IMG/VR virus record: IMGVR_UViG_3300025103_000026
Location: 1 to 50,267 of that record
DNA length: 50,267 nucleotides
Reading direction: 5' to 3' (one strand)
Source: a virus
Taxonomy: Duplodnaviria > Caudoviricetes
The notes beneath the pieces were generated by a model that was not told the DNA's origin, did no database searches, and saw only the letters and a program-made list of their open reading frames with translations. Shown piece after piece: positions 34,401-43,139 of this stretch (its first letter is position 1; each line of letters starts with the position of its first letter). The position numbers and the translations under genes are program-made.

Positions 34401-37107
34401 TACCTCTTTCTTCCTTTTTTGTTTTAATATCTATAGATACATATTCATTTTTTTTATCTGCTCGTAAATATAATTCGACACCCTCTTTTCTTGAATTATC
34501 TTCTATTTCCTTTAATCCACTTTCTACTTCTTCTTCAGTCTCTACCACTTCATCAACTTCTGGCTCAGTTTCCACTACCTCATCAGCCACGACAGGCTCT
34601 GTTTCTTCTACGGTATCGCTTGGAATATCTGAGATTTCATCTTCTGTCCATGATTCTTTACCTTGTTCATTTATAGGAGCTCCTAATTCGCCTTCTAAGG
34701 CTCTCTTTTTTTTCTCTTTACGAGATAGTCGAGGTTTTTTTGAAGATTTCTTAACTTCAAGAGTTCTTCTTGAAATAGTTTCAAGAGACTTGGCTTCTTG
34801 AAGAGCTACTAATAGTTTATTATATTCTTTCTGATAATGCTGAGTTGAAAAAGGTAAGTCTTTACGGTTTAAGTTTTTTTGTGCTTCTTGTAATTTTTTA
34901 GTTATAGCTTCTACAAGTTTTTTAGAATTTATTAAGTTTACTTTTGCTGAAGCTAATGAATCTTTTTTAGGTCTTATCTTGTTTTGCTTCTTGGTTGTTT
35001 TTATTTCAACCTTATTTTCTTCTGCAGATTCTTTAATCTTCTCATCAATAATTCTATCTGCTATATACTCGCCCTTAGTCTCATAACCATCTTCATCACT
35101 ATCACTATCGAAATCAATTTCATCTGTATTATTTAACTTTATAAGTCTGTTTAATTCTTTTACAGCTCCTTCACGGGCTTCTGCTTCTGTTTCATAACTT
35201 TCAGATTCATATATTAAATCTTCTTGAGCATTGTATGTGAAAACTTTAAAAGTTCCATCATCAGATTCTTCGATTGAGACATCCGATGGTGCAAATGGGT
35301 CATCTACTTTTATACGGACTTGAGAAACAGGCTTTCTTGGATTAGATAAAACACTCGTGCCCATACCCATGACAAAACCAGCATATGCAGATTGTGTTAA
35401 CGATTCCCACTCTTCTTTAGTTACAGGTCTATAATTAAACTTAGTAGCTAATTCAGCAAGTTCTTGCATTCCTTCTGTAACACCCTCAGATGTACCATTA
35501 CCAGCATATCTTAATACTATCTGGGCTGCTCTATTTTTAAATTTATCATTAAGTTTTTTAGAAAGTATCGCCCCCGGACCTGTAGATGTAATAACATCCA
35601 ATCCAAGTTTATCAAGTAAACCAACAACAGGACCGACAGAAACAGCCATAGCATCTCTTTTCCAAAATGGAATCTTTTCACCTGTCTCTAATTCATAATT
35701 AAGCATATCATTTTTTATACTACCCGTATAAACAGAAGTCATAGCCCATTGTAAGAATTTAGGTGCTGAAGAGCCTGCCATCATAAGCCCCATAGTAGGT
35801 CCTTGTTCTAAAACAATTTTACCTAAATGGGTTGGTGAAGTCATTAAATCTAGTAAGTTTTCTGGCTGAACATATTCCGAATCAGGTGCTGATGGAAGTA
35901 ATAACCTTGTCTGCATTTTACCAAAATCTGATATATCTTTAAAGGTTTGTTCTAGGCCTTCGTAATCATATTCTACATCATGACCCATCCACTCCATCAG
36001 GTGGTCATACATAAATACTTTATTAATAACCCTAACTACAGCTGGTATCATATTTACAGATTCGGAAACTAAATCAAGAGCATTATGAATACCTGTTTTT
36101 AACCAAGTTTCAGCTTTGTAACTAGGTTTTCCATCTTCATTAAAAGTAATACCATCTACCTTAGTACCACCACTATCAATAAATTCATTCCTTCTTAGAC
36201 CCTCTTCTCTTCTTAAAGCCCTGACTCTTTTCTTCTCTATAGCTATATCTTCTTGTTCAAATAGCTTTCTTAAACTTTCTCTGTCTTCCGGGTTTTTTTT
36301 AAAATGGTTTTGTGCTGTAGTTACGACACTCTTAGACCAGCTATTTGGGTCTGGCTTACTTCTCTTACCATCTACAGTCCAATCAGTAGCAGGAACGAAA
36401 TCAGCTTTCTCTGAATCCCATATTGATTGAGGAGAATCTTTACGGCTATTTATCAACCATTTTAAATTATTTTTAGCTAATTCATCTCCTGTAACAGCTT
36501 TATTTATAAGTAAAAGGTCATCATTAGAAAGAACACCTTGTTCCATGTAATGATTTGCTGCTTGGGTAATGGTTTCTTGCTCAATATCTTTTGAGTTTCT
36601 TTTTAAAGTCGTAGTTCTTAAGTGTTGATTGTCGCTAGGATTATTTAGCATTGCCTGTTTATATGGGTCATCTTCATTATTCATCATAAACATAGCGTAC
36701 TCTGTAGCATTATTTATCAGTTTTTTCCCTGAATCAAGACCTTTTGCCACAGCATCATCCCTCATTTGTCTTGTTTCTAAACCATTTTCTTTAAGCCTAT
36801 TTTTAGTTTTTTCGTGAAAATCTTTATACTCATCTTGATAGATAGCATAGTTATCGTATTTCTTTGCTGGAGAAGTTATGCCTATATTTTGTTTTATTTG
36901 TCCCCAAGTAGACATTTTCTTAGGTTCTCTTGCTTTTTTTACAGCAGGAGAAAGTTCTGTTTTTGTATTCTTGAAATGAGCCATTGCTTCTTCTGTAGAA
37001 AGCTCATTGGTTTGTTTTTTTTGGGATTTAAAATATTGAGCTGCTTCGTCTGCAGAAAGCTCTAAACTATTTTCATCGGTCATCTCACTTAAAGGTCTTA
37101 AAGCCAT
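28438..37107 (-). CDS. Giant internal-virion/ejection polyvalent protein (GNAT, HhH-glycosylase-like and SAM-methyltransferase domains)
   Basis: 2889 aa, last gene of the ejection cluster. ERGKGKA..FYKSIGF (GNAT), GPKVG..TMDRW..QAIVW, and LDYGGG..NVLNVI (methyltransferase). Confidence 0.75.
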   Translation of the reverse strand: MALRPLSEMTDENSLELSADEAAQYFKSQKKQTNELSTEEAMAHFKNTKTELSPAVKKAREPKKMSTWGQIKQNIGITSPAKKYDNYAIYQDEYKDFHEKTKNRLKENGLETRQMRDDAVAKGLDSGKKLINNATEYAMFMMNNEDDPYKQAMLNNPSDNQHLRTTTLKRNSKDIEQETITQAANHYMEQGVLSNDDLLLINKAVTGDELAKNNLKWLINSRKDSPQSIWDSEKADFVPATDWTVDGKRSKPDPNSWSKSVVTTAQNHFKKNPEDRESLRKLFEQEDIAIEKKRVRALRREEGLRRNEFIDSGGTKVDGITFNEDGKPSYKAETWLKTGIHNALDLVSESVNMIPAVVRVINKVFMYDHLMEWMGHDVEYDYEGLEQTFKDISDFGKMQTRLLLPSAPDSEYVQPENLLDLMTSPTHLGKIVLEQGPTMGLMMAGSSAPKFLQWAMTSVYTGSIKNDMLNYELETGEKIPFWKRDAMAVSVGPVVGLLDKLGLDVITSTGPGAILSKKLNDKFKNRAAQIVLRYAGNGTSEGVTEGMQELAELATKFNYRPVTKEEWESLTQSAYAGFVMGMGTSVLSNPRKPVSQVRIKVDDPFAPSDVSIEESDDGTFKVFTYNAQEDLIYESESYETEAEAREGAVKELNRLIKLNNTDEIDFDSDSDEDGYETKGEYIADRIIDEKIKESAEENKVEIKTTKKQNKIRPKKDSLASAKVNLINSKKLVEAITKKLQEAQKNLNRKDLPFSTQHYQKEYNKLLVALQEAKSLETISRRTLEVKKSSKKPRLSRKEKKKRALEGELGAPINEQGKESWTEDEISDIPSDTVEETEPVVADEVVETEPEVDEVVETEEEVESGLKEIEDNSRKEGVELYLRADKKNEYVSIDIKTKKEERGKGKARKAIEKTIEYADKNNITLSLTPVSDFGASKTKLTEFYKSIGFVLNKGKNKDFKTKDTMIRAPKPEVIETPADIKSQDLDTRVNTELTEDEDYVYTADILNGKTGKPLAWVKNLKTNSIDGFTKAARKLQSYIDKHYGSENDQTDMNVGESEAAIQSMEEILEGRDLAFDDDFNIIDLQEADTETDTETDAKQAALEEMDKLGFDILDDGATNMVILPNPIPGMKVVYNGLIKTAQYTYEMLPKKLRQQAENLGITPKNFDATFKSAIDGFKNIPKNIKAWIKKVNKSIKKWWGENKVQIGEKIEQAMARTGGLSYIVEPGEVKDFKTEIIIKGDRSYKEVVKEYSGLLSIENLKEIFSKANQKIKGEKLKVDSFAAQANKLALDLQKELGLDLVSDETIKKAKKTPEDLRQIKETEEYLSDLIVQEVYQEIKDPKSAQAWYSVKMQNAINIIAEIHPEILTDKDAETRFKVALSVTSNGTDVILNTEFGELVYNYYKENGKFPEDWEIYGAQHGAVNEGFKRYNELVEILGESDVNKFLNTEYTIKELMDFGVITSNKGELKGYKVPGAIIFGPKVGGGFYPNLSGQYQYLTMDRWFMRTIGRLRGNLSRTKDYTKQIKGFKKYLKSSKKKLKQYDVDVSRLNDDDYVFDLARLVYRDFAKSNEWKIKPQLKRLRKKYKNNKETLKQEIKKLKDKHNIGTFKEKTSLNAAARALLLRFETKIAPEGGNDRQFMRNVMQRVADKTGLEVADLQAIVWFPEKDLYYSSGIGSKTTKGTDYEQESRKLIDRLRAGRPDRFNAVRKVSEVNKVDTEVKKTDDKFTEEEKAQSLEKIKEKTLKKMYGVEPARSKPEKTSLKHVAAGLKELKNYITKGFNLDYGGGRFDDGVKYLKKQGITSQVYDRYARDDIHNIKVLEKVNQKKGADSVTLMNVLNVIENKNEREFVVQDAYDKLKPGGVMLVQVYEGNKSKKGSMTTIDTWQENRPTVDYLLEIESFIPDAVTRKGKTFVINKPLQRQTTASIEAGFLGFTPSNLKLLKNTIIDTGYFVYDNLPANLQKQGQRIGVTAQNFGRTLSEFSSKTKQNIKAWLKKAQKAMKRWWDDNKVQIGEKIERGMAKMGGIKYAVDPTIEGYQTQLNKLDDKFGKGKGAKKERLKLKVKINDVNAQAILQGKDVESIKTPPPPPPPGTLDAYRDFSSKESKKRAKKNKTKSGILAGVTDFLKNAAMTNSFRAVMINPKIKTMMRRYVTSTMKNSSIDRKVVEPWLVLTKKLTQEQNDWLNGILANSDANALTELSNDVGDITIKVTDKDNKTKKITTNLVKEFPKVRAVLDRLVKRANEVGLDMGYIEANEEAGLLGYYPRIVDDLKALRRHMRKEVGKEIDGAIEQALKNYIIDGKLKEFAKKKARAEQKKLKEQGKERKVSASIKTLTKSEIERVTKGLSDAILKQEASRLRESEKAKIINSLIFNITKGKSGLKQGKSRTITKIDKDMIQYYKGSSDALLGYIDSVNEAIGRQALLKDHYDADFVSIDGDGNKIKDGVTSLVSQTLGGELDADQQEEAIKVLSSVLDVRNTPEGIGKLRAIGYFYTLGDVANTLTQIGDLGAVMYAGATTNPIRMIRNIGKALGNKSDITLRDMHIDEIMHELSDPDTMMGGLNKLFKYTGFKKLDSIAKESFVNTYIDGMQKKLLKYDKLPRRKQLELTDKIAEVFPEGTAKYNKAIADLKAGNLSNEVIEVALNGLMDFQPLSDAELPAYYTNVPNARIAYQLSTWTLRAANRMVEEFALNNKKAKEARAKGNIKDARAYTALAYGNPMRLAAFMMLAGFGKDEVKDLFLGKQTSWRENAWNNFLGLFFMSKFYTDRARERNLIKKTWSGITSIPVVGIANDVVNDIYLIGKWGTTGLSKKESIQYGLETPKAIPWVGDQIYYRAGRGRKSQLTKAKQALKEKGSRNRSRWENKKYSYIKKELRKVKKAEKKSKGPALFD

Positions 37108-38606
37108 TAATATTTTTCCGGGTTTAGCATTCTATCTTTTAAAATGTTATATTCAGTATCAATATTTCCAGTAGCTGCCTTATCAACTATAGCCTTTAAT
37201 AAAGCACCATATGCCATTTTATCTTTTTTGTCAGTATTAGGATGTTCATCAAATTCTTGATATAAATCTATAATATGTAAAATCTGCTTTTTTGAAGCAG
37301 GTTCTATATTGATAGAGTTACTTATTAAATTAGCCATAGCTTGTTTTCTATAACTTTTAAGCTCACCTCCTACATTTTCGCCTGCCATTATATTTTCTAA
37401 ATTATCTTCATCCCAATTTATTTGCCCTATACCATCCGTATCTGTTGTTTCGCCATATATAAATGTTTCATCATCTCCATAATCCCAAGCTGATGCACCT
37501 GAGCCGGGGGTTGCTGACACTAATCTTTGAAGAGTTGGTAATCCAAAATCTTTTATATTAAGTTCAAAGGCTCTTGAATATAACTTTTGTAATCTTTCTT
37601 TAATTGCATCTGTGCTTGCAACTTGTTCTGGAGTAGCTTCTTTTCTTTCATCTTCCTCGTGATAATATTTTGCATTGTCAGCATTTTCACCATATAAAGT
37701 TCTATCTTCAAGCATCATATTTTCTAATGTAAATATACTTTTTATTGTATCTTCAGCTGAGAAGTTTTCTGGTTTCAATCTTCCCTCAAGAAGTTTTCTT
37801 TTTCTTTCGTTAGTCTCTCTTTCATTTGCATCTTTTTCTATTTTCCAATCTCCATAAACCTTATCTCTTTTCTTTTCCCAATATTTATATTCTTCACCAG
37901 CTCTATCTCTTTGTACTTGAGATTCTAATAATTTTTGCTCATCTAAAGCACTATTAAATCCTACTTCAAAAGCTTCTGGATTAAAAGTATGACTTAAATC
38001 ATCTCTTACTGAAAGCATATTTATAACTTGAGTTTTTGCTGCAGATAGTTCTTTTGTACTTAAACTTCCATCATTATCTGAATCAAAATTACTATAGCCT
38101 GTTATCTCTCCATCTTCATCAAAATCGGCTAAACCTTTTAAGTGTGCTGGTAATTTACTATTTTCATCATAAGTTAAAGGAATATTTTGCAACAGCTCAT
38201 TTCCACTTTTATAACTTGCTATTGTACTCGTTCCCTCTTTTATATAATTCTGAACCTCTTCTAATTTCTTGTTCCCATCACTAATAACCTGCCTCATCCC
38301 ATCTAAGGTCTTCATACCAAGAGCTTGATTAATAAATAAACCACCATTAGTTAAGTCTCTTTCTGGCACTTTAGACGAAAGTGATAAATCTATATTTGCA
38401 ATTTCTTCAGTTTTAACTCCTAATTCATCCCAAGATTTATCTATTTCATTATCCAGTTTTGTTAATTCTTCAAAACCTTGACTCCATATTTCTTTAGTCT
38501 TCCAGTCCTCAAGTTCCATCTCTTTCTTTTGCTTATAACTGGGTTCAAGAAGTTGATTAACTTGTCCAATTGCCATTGATATTCCTCGCCAGTCTACTTT
38601 ACCCAT
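37107..38606 (-). CDS. Putative internal virion (ejection) protein
   Basis: 499 aa, helical and acidic, located before the giant protein. Confidence 0.55.
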   Translation of the reverse strand: MGKVDWRGISMAIGQVNQLLEPSYKQKKEMELEDWKTKEIWSQGFEELTKLDNEIDKSWDELGVKTEEIANIDLSLSSKVPERDLTNGGLFINQALGMKTLDGMRQVISDGNKKLEEVQNYIKEGTSTIASYKSGNELLQNIPLTYDENSKLPAHLKGLADFDEDGEITGYSNFDSDNDGSLSTKELSAAKTQVINMLSVRDDLSHTFNPEAFEVGFNSALDEQKLLESQVQRDRAGEEYKYWEKKRDKVYGDWKIEKDANERETNERKRKLLEGRLKPENFSAEDTIKSIFTLENMMLEDRTLYGENADNAKYYHEEDERKEATPEQVASTDAIKERLQKLYSRAFELNIKDFGLPTLQRLVSATPGSGASAWDYGDDETFIYGETTDTDGIGQINWDEDNLENIMAGENVGGELKSYRKQAMANLISNSINIEPASKKQILHIIDLYQEFDEHPNTDKKDKMAYGALLKAIVDKAATGNIDTEYNILKDRMLNPEKY

Positions 38607-38609
38607 ATC

Positions 38610-39278
38610 TTATCCTATCGTTAAATTTATATCATCAGGTGGTTTAAATGCATCTAATCCCGGATTTGGTTTCCATTTATACTCACTTGCTACAGCTTTT
38701 TTATCCATAGAATTAAGAGCTTGTGTTGTTTGACTTATAATACCTGATGCTTCTCCTTCTATTCTGTCAAGCTCATTAGCCATTTCTGTTTCTGCACCAA
38801 GCTTCTTCTTATCCATTTCAATATCTTGAGCTCCCATCTTCATACTAAGGTCTCCATATATTGCCTTACCTTTTTCTTGGATTGAACGGGCTAAGTCTTC
38901 TCTTGCTCTTCCTGTTGAGCCTGACCCGGCAAATCCAGATTTTGCTTGCTGATTTTCTATCGCTTCTGATTGTTGTTTATTTGCATCCATTATCGCACTT
39001 GCTTGTCTATCTGTTTCGTCTAAAAAACTTTCTTCTGCAAGACCAGCTGCTTCAGTCTCTAAATCCATTTGTTGTTGGTAAGTACTGTCTGGACCAGAAG
39101 ACCTATTAAATTGTCTAAGAAGAGTTCCTAAAGCTTGGTCTGCTGCATCCTTTACTTGCTGTGCTCCTTTGTCTTTAGTTTTACCTCTGTTTCTTTTACC
39201 GGCTTCTGAGCCAGAATGTGCACCTAAAAAACCATACTTACCTTCACTTGGTTTCCATGCTGTTTTTTTCTTAGCCAT
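38610..39278 (-). CDS. Putative internal virion (ejection) protein
   Basis: 222 aa, A/Q-rich coiled coil with SGFAGSG. Confidence 0.55.
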   Translation of the reverse strand: MAKKKTAWKPSEGKYGFLGAHSGSEAGKRNRGKTKDKGAQQVKDAADQALGTLLRQFNRSSGPDSTYQQQMDLETEAAGLAEESFLDETDRQASAIMDANKQQSEAIENQQAKSGFAGSGSTGRAREDLARSIQEKGKAIYGDLSMKMGAQDIEMDKKKLGAETEMANELDRIEGEASGIISQTTQALNSMDKKAVASEYKWKPNPGLDAFKPPDDINLTIG

Positions 39279-39613
39279 TATAAGGTATACTCCATTCTAT
39301 ATTGTATTGGCTTAAAACCAAATCTTCTTTCCCATAATTTTGGGTTTCTTTGTGTTGAAAACTGAATACTTTTACATCCATAGTCTTTAGCAAGTTGTAT
39401 AATCTCTGCCCATCTTTTAATAGTATCTTTCTCCGAATAGGCACTTTCTATCCAAAATATATCACCTTCTATTGAATATTCACACCAAGTCTCGTCTTTA
39501 AATTCACGAACAAAGCTTTTATAATTTGGCTCGACAAACTCTTCTTTAGTATCAAGAGATTTCTCACAATATCTATCCATCTTTTCTTTCATCAAAGGAG
39601 TAGGTTCTACCAC
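39278..39613 (-). CDS. GNAT-fold protein of the virion assembly cluster
   Basis: AKDYGCKSIQFSTQR..WERRFGFK, at the position occupied by T7 gp13-like genes. Confidence 0.55.
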   Translation of the reverse strand: MVEPTPLMKEKMDRYCEKSLDTKEEFVEPNYKSFVREFKDETWCEYSIEGDIFWIESAYSEKDTIKRWAEIIQLAKDYGCKSIQFSTQRNPKLWERRFGFKPIQYRMEYTL

Positions 39614-40788
39614 CTTGCTATGTGTCTTCCTTTTTTAGGCTTCTGAGTTACACCACCAAGGACACTTAATCCTGTGCCAATACCACCAAGAATACCACTT
39701 GCTAAAGTACCGATACCCGGAATTATAGAAGTAACACCTGCTGCTACATCAAATGCACCACCAACCTTACCTAATGCATTATCTGAAGTTGCAATCTGAT
39801 GAGCACCCATTCCAATACCAACTCCCGGGGCAAGTTTACCAACCCATTTTGCACCTGCTTTAGCACCCTCTTTAGCAACAACTTTACCTGCTTCTTTTGT
39901 AGCTGTCTTGGTAAGCTCTTCGGCAGCTTTCTTTTTAGCAAGTTTTGCTGCAATAGCTTTAGCACCTTTCACACCAGCTCTAATTCCTCTTTCCCCTTGT
40001 TCTGCTAAACTATAAATAGCAGCACCTTTATCAACTGCAGTTGAGTCTTTATTCTCTAATGTCTGTGCAGCTCCTAATGCAGAAGTAGCTTCACCATATA
40101 CTTTCTTTCCAATATCAGAGGCTTTCCGAACACCACCTGTAACTTTTGCAACTTTTTCCATCTGTTCGCTACCGACACCTAAAGATTTATATATATCCTG
40201 ACCTTTAAATGATGTATCTGTGTTTATTCCAGGTATTTTGCCGGGTTTTAGTTGGTCTATTATATTTTCAGGCTTACGGAACTCTAAGGGATTTAGTTCT
40301 TGTCGATTGCCTAATACATTTACTTCTTCATATGGGATTCCAACAAAATCACCATCTTGATATTTTTTAACTTTACCACCATTTATATATTTTTTTATAG
40401 GACCACCTAAAGAAAAATCTTCATCCTCATCTTCCCCAACAGTATCTTCTTTGTATAATTTTTCCCTTTGAGATACTAAAGTTTTATAAGCTTTTTTACT
40501 CATACCAGAACCAATATAATTAGTTTTTTCATCAAAACCAGAGATTTTAAATTTTAATTCTTCTGCCTGTTTCATTGCCTTTCTTGTCTTAGATGCTATT
40601 AGAGTTTCATTAATACTTTTTAAAGTATTTGCTCCGGCAAGAATAGTATTTAAAATTCCTACATTTCTTTCACCTAAAGGAGCTTTATATTCTCGCTCTT
40701 CTCGCTTTTGTTCATACTCTTGCATATATGGTTTTAACCAATCGCTAAACATTCCTGAAACATGACCCGGTGTGTAGTTCTTTCCCAT
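39607..40788 (-). CDS. Putative DNA ejection protein with C-terminal Gly-rich hydrophobic helices
   Basis: SIIPGIGTLASGILGGIGTGLSVLGG, plus [YF]xxGG motifs. Confidence 0.55.
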   Translation of the reverse strand: MGKNYTPGHVSGMFSDWLKPYMQEYEQKREEREYKAPLGERNVGILNTILAGANTLKSINETLIASKTRKAMKQAEELKFKISGFDEKTNYIGSGMSKKAYKTLVSQREKLYKEDTVGEDEDEDFSLGGPIKKYINGGKVKKYQDGDFVGIPYEEVNVLGNRQELNPLEFRKPENIIDQLKPGKIPGINTDTSFKGQDIYKSLGVGSEQMEKVAKVTGGVRKASDIGKKVYGEATSALGAAQTLENKDSTAVDKGAAIYSLAEQGERGIRAGVKGAKAIAAKLAKKKAAEELTKTATKEAGKVVAKEGAKAGAKWVGKLAPGVGIGMGAHQIATSDNALGKVGGAFDVAAGVTSIIPGIGTLASGILGGIGTGLSVLGGVTQKPKKGRHIARW

Positions 40789-40877
40789 ATTTTACCTATT
40801 TCTTCCTAGTATAAAATAATATCTATTCATAATACTATTATATATATTTAAGTTCTTATTCAATAGTTTTTATTCTC

Positions 40878-43139
40878 TTAATTTCCTGTAGTTATTACAC
40901 TTGGTAGTGTAGTTGCTTTAATAATGATTGGTGGGTTATAATAAGTTGAACTATGATGATAATTTTTCCCATGATAAATGTAACACTTATTAAATGAACC
41001 ATTAGTTGAACCCCATACATAATATGTTTTACCACTTGAAAGTCCTGTTAAAACCCATTTAACAGTCATCATTAACATATCAGATTCATCTGCATAATGT
41101 ACAAATTCATTGTAATCCCCTTCAGTTGTAACAGGGGTGTAAGATGAGTTACTTTCACTAAGTCCAAGCCTTAGATAATCATTAGTTGAGCTAACTAAAC
41201 AAGTCAATGATACTTCAACATTAGTTGATGGGGGAGCTGTAAAAATTACTGAAAGGTTTGTACCTCCTACTGTAGTTAATAAGGCTGGAGTTGCCCCTGC
41301 TACTTCTATTCTCCCTGAATTTGCTATAATACTATTATTATATATATGAGTATACCCAATTATGGAGCTACTATCAACATAAGCTTTAATTGATTGTTGA
41401 GTAGCGACTCCCATATTATCATCAGATGCCATATCATCTTCATCTCTTACTATATCAATAGTAGAGCCACCATCTTCAAATGTAAGTCTTTGCACCCCTA
41501 TAACTCTCGAACCATCAAAATCAACATTATTGGTAGATTTAATAAATAATGTTGCTCCATCACCCATTATATATTCCTCTGCATCACCAAAGATTACTTT
41601 TCCACTATTGGCTAATTGGACATTCCCATCAAATCTTGAAGCTCCATCATCTACCCATAAAGCATAGTTATTGGTTATTGTTTGCCCTGTGCCTGCTGTA
41701 GAAGGACCTTCAATATATACAGTAGCTGCATTTGTAGTAGTTATACTACCAGAGCTGGGTCTTATAGCATGAAGACTAAATCTTGAGCCATAAAAATTAG
41801 CTGCTGTCCCTCCATCTGCAGTATTATCATCTATATAAGCTGCTGGTGCTACAGCAAAAAACTTACCTGCTGTACTTGGAGTTCCTGTTACTCCAGCGTT
41901 ATCTAATATTAAAGTACCTGTCACAGTACCACCAGCAAGAGGAAGATAGCCATCTAAACCTCCTGTTGTAGAAGATAATGTGCTTATATCTCCACCTGCA
42001 TTTCTAAACTTTAAAACACCATCACCTCCTGTTGATTGTCTTTCTACATATAATCCACCAGTATTAGTACTAACTGGAGCTACTTTTCTTATAGATACAT
42101 CATCAATAAACCATTGAGTTTCAGAAGCATTTTGATAATATATTCTTAAAGCAGAATCAGCAGTTACTAAATAATCTTTTACAATTGCTGTAGTTGATGT
42201 AGATATAGCAAAACTATTCGTAACTCCACCTAATTCAATAGTAAAATCTGATATAGAACCAGTAGACCATATCTTTACACTTACTTGATAAGTGTTGCCC
42301 GGAACTAGTGTTGTAAAATAAGATGTACCAAGTTCAGCACCCTGTTTTTCCTCTGAAGTTGTTCCTGTTATTTCTAAGTATGCAGGAGTACCATCATCTC
42401 CAAATGTAAATGAAGTGCTTTCAGGGTCATATATAACCCAATCAGAAGCTGAAGCAAAATCTCTATTTTTAGAATCAGTTATAAGTTCTGTATCTGATGC
42501 AAGGTTTTCACATTCACGCAAGGCAAGAACTGGTCCATAAGGAGACTGAATAGATACATGTTTTAGCAACATACTTGCCATATTAGTAGAACCAACTGTA
42601 AGTATTGTTTCATACCCTACAGCAAGATGATAACCACCGAGTATTCGTAATAATCCACCATTAAGACTATCAATCATACCAGCTGCAATGGTACTTACAC
42701 CAGCAGAACCTTTTCCAAGATGTAGCACTCCAGAAGATTTAGAATCATCACCAAGAATTAATTGTCCTTTATTTCCTGTACCACCACCTATTGTACTCGC
42801 TTTTCTACTACCAAGTGTCAGCTTACCCGGACTACCGTAGTTTAACTCAAATACTTCACTTGCATTTAATAAGGTATAAGCTTTAGAGTCGGGATTCCAA
42901 CCAAATAATTGCATGGTTCTGCCGGGGTTTTGCATACCTATTTCAGCAGCCCCGTCAAACAAGACTCTTGAATACCAATTATTGTTGTACTTTACAAATA
43001 AAAATATACCCTTACCAGTAATTTCTCTAATTGACATATCACCGTCACTACCCTCTCTTTGGCTTGGTTCACCTTTGCCAATCGTAGTACGGCTTGCCTT
43101 TTTATTGTGAAGTATCCTGCTTATATCACCATATCTCAT
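40878..43139 (-). CDS. Tail fibre / receptor-binding protein
   Basis: 753 aa, G/T/S-rich, with GEP..EGSDGD N-terminus, YLPLAGGTVTG fibre motif and a carbohydrate-binding-like insert. Confidence 0.7.
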   Translation of the reverse strand: MRYGDISRILHNKKASRTTIGKGEPSQREGSDGDMSIREITGKGIFLFVKYNNNWYSRVLFDGAAEIGMQNPGRTMQLFGWNPDSKAYTLLNASEVFELNYGSPGKLTLGSRKASTIGGGTGNKGQLILGDDSKSSGVLHLGKGSAGVSTIAAGMIDSLNGGLLRILGGYHLAVGYETILTVGSTNMASMLLKHVSIQSPYGPVLALRECENLASDTELITDSKNRDFASASDWVIYDPESTSFTFGDDGTPAYLEITGTTSEEKQGAELGTSYFTTLVPGNTYQVSVKIWSTGSISDFTIELGGVTNSFAISTSTTAIVKDYLVTADSALRIYYQNASETQWFIDDVSIRKVAPVSTNTGGLYVERQSTGGDGVLKFRNAGGDISTLSSTTGGLDGYLPLAGGTVTGTLILDNAGVTGTPSTAGKFFAVAPAAYIDDNTADGGTAANFYGSRFSLHAIRPSSGSITTTNAATVYIEGPSTAGTGQTITNNYALWVDDGASRFDGNVQLANSGKVIFGDAEEYIMGDGATLFIKSTNNVDFDGSRVIGVQRLTFEDGGSTIDIVRDEDDMASDDNMGVATQQSIKAYVDSSSIIGYTHIYNNSIIANSGRIEVAGATPALLTTVGGTNLSVIFTAPPSTNVEVSLTCLVSSTNDYLRLGLSESNSSYTPVTTEGDYNEFVHYADESDMLMMTVKWVLTGLSSGKTYYVWGSTNGSFNKCYIYHGKNYHHSSTYYNPPIIIKATTLPSVITTGN

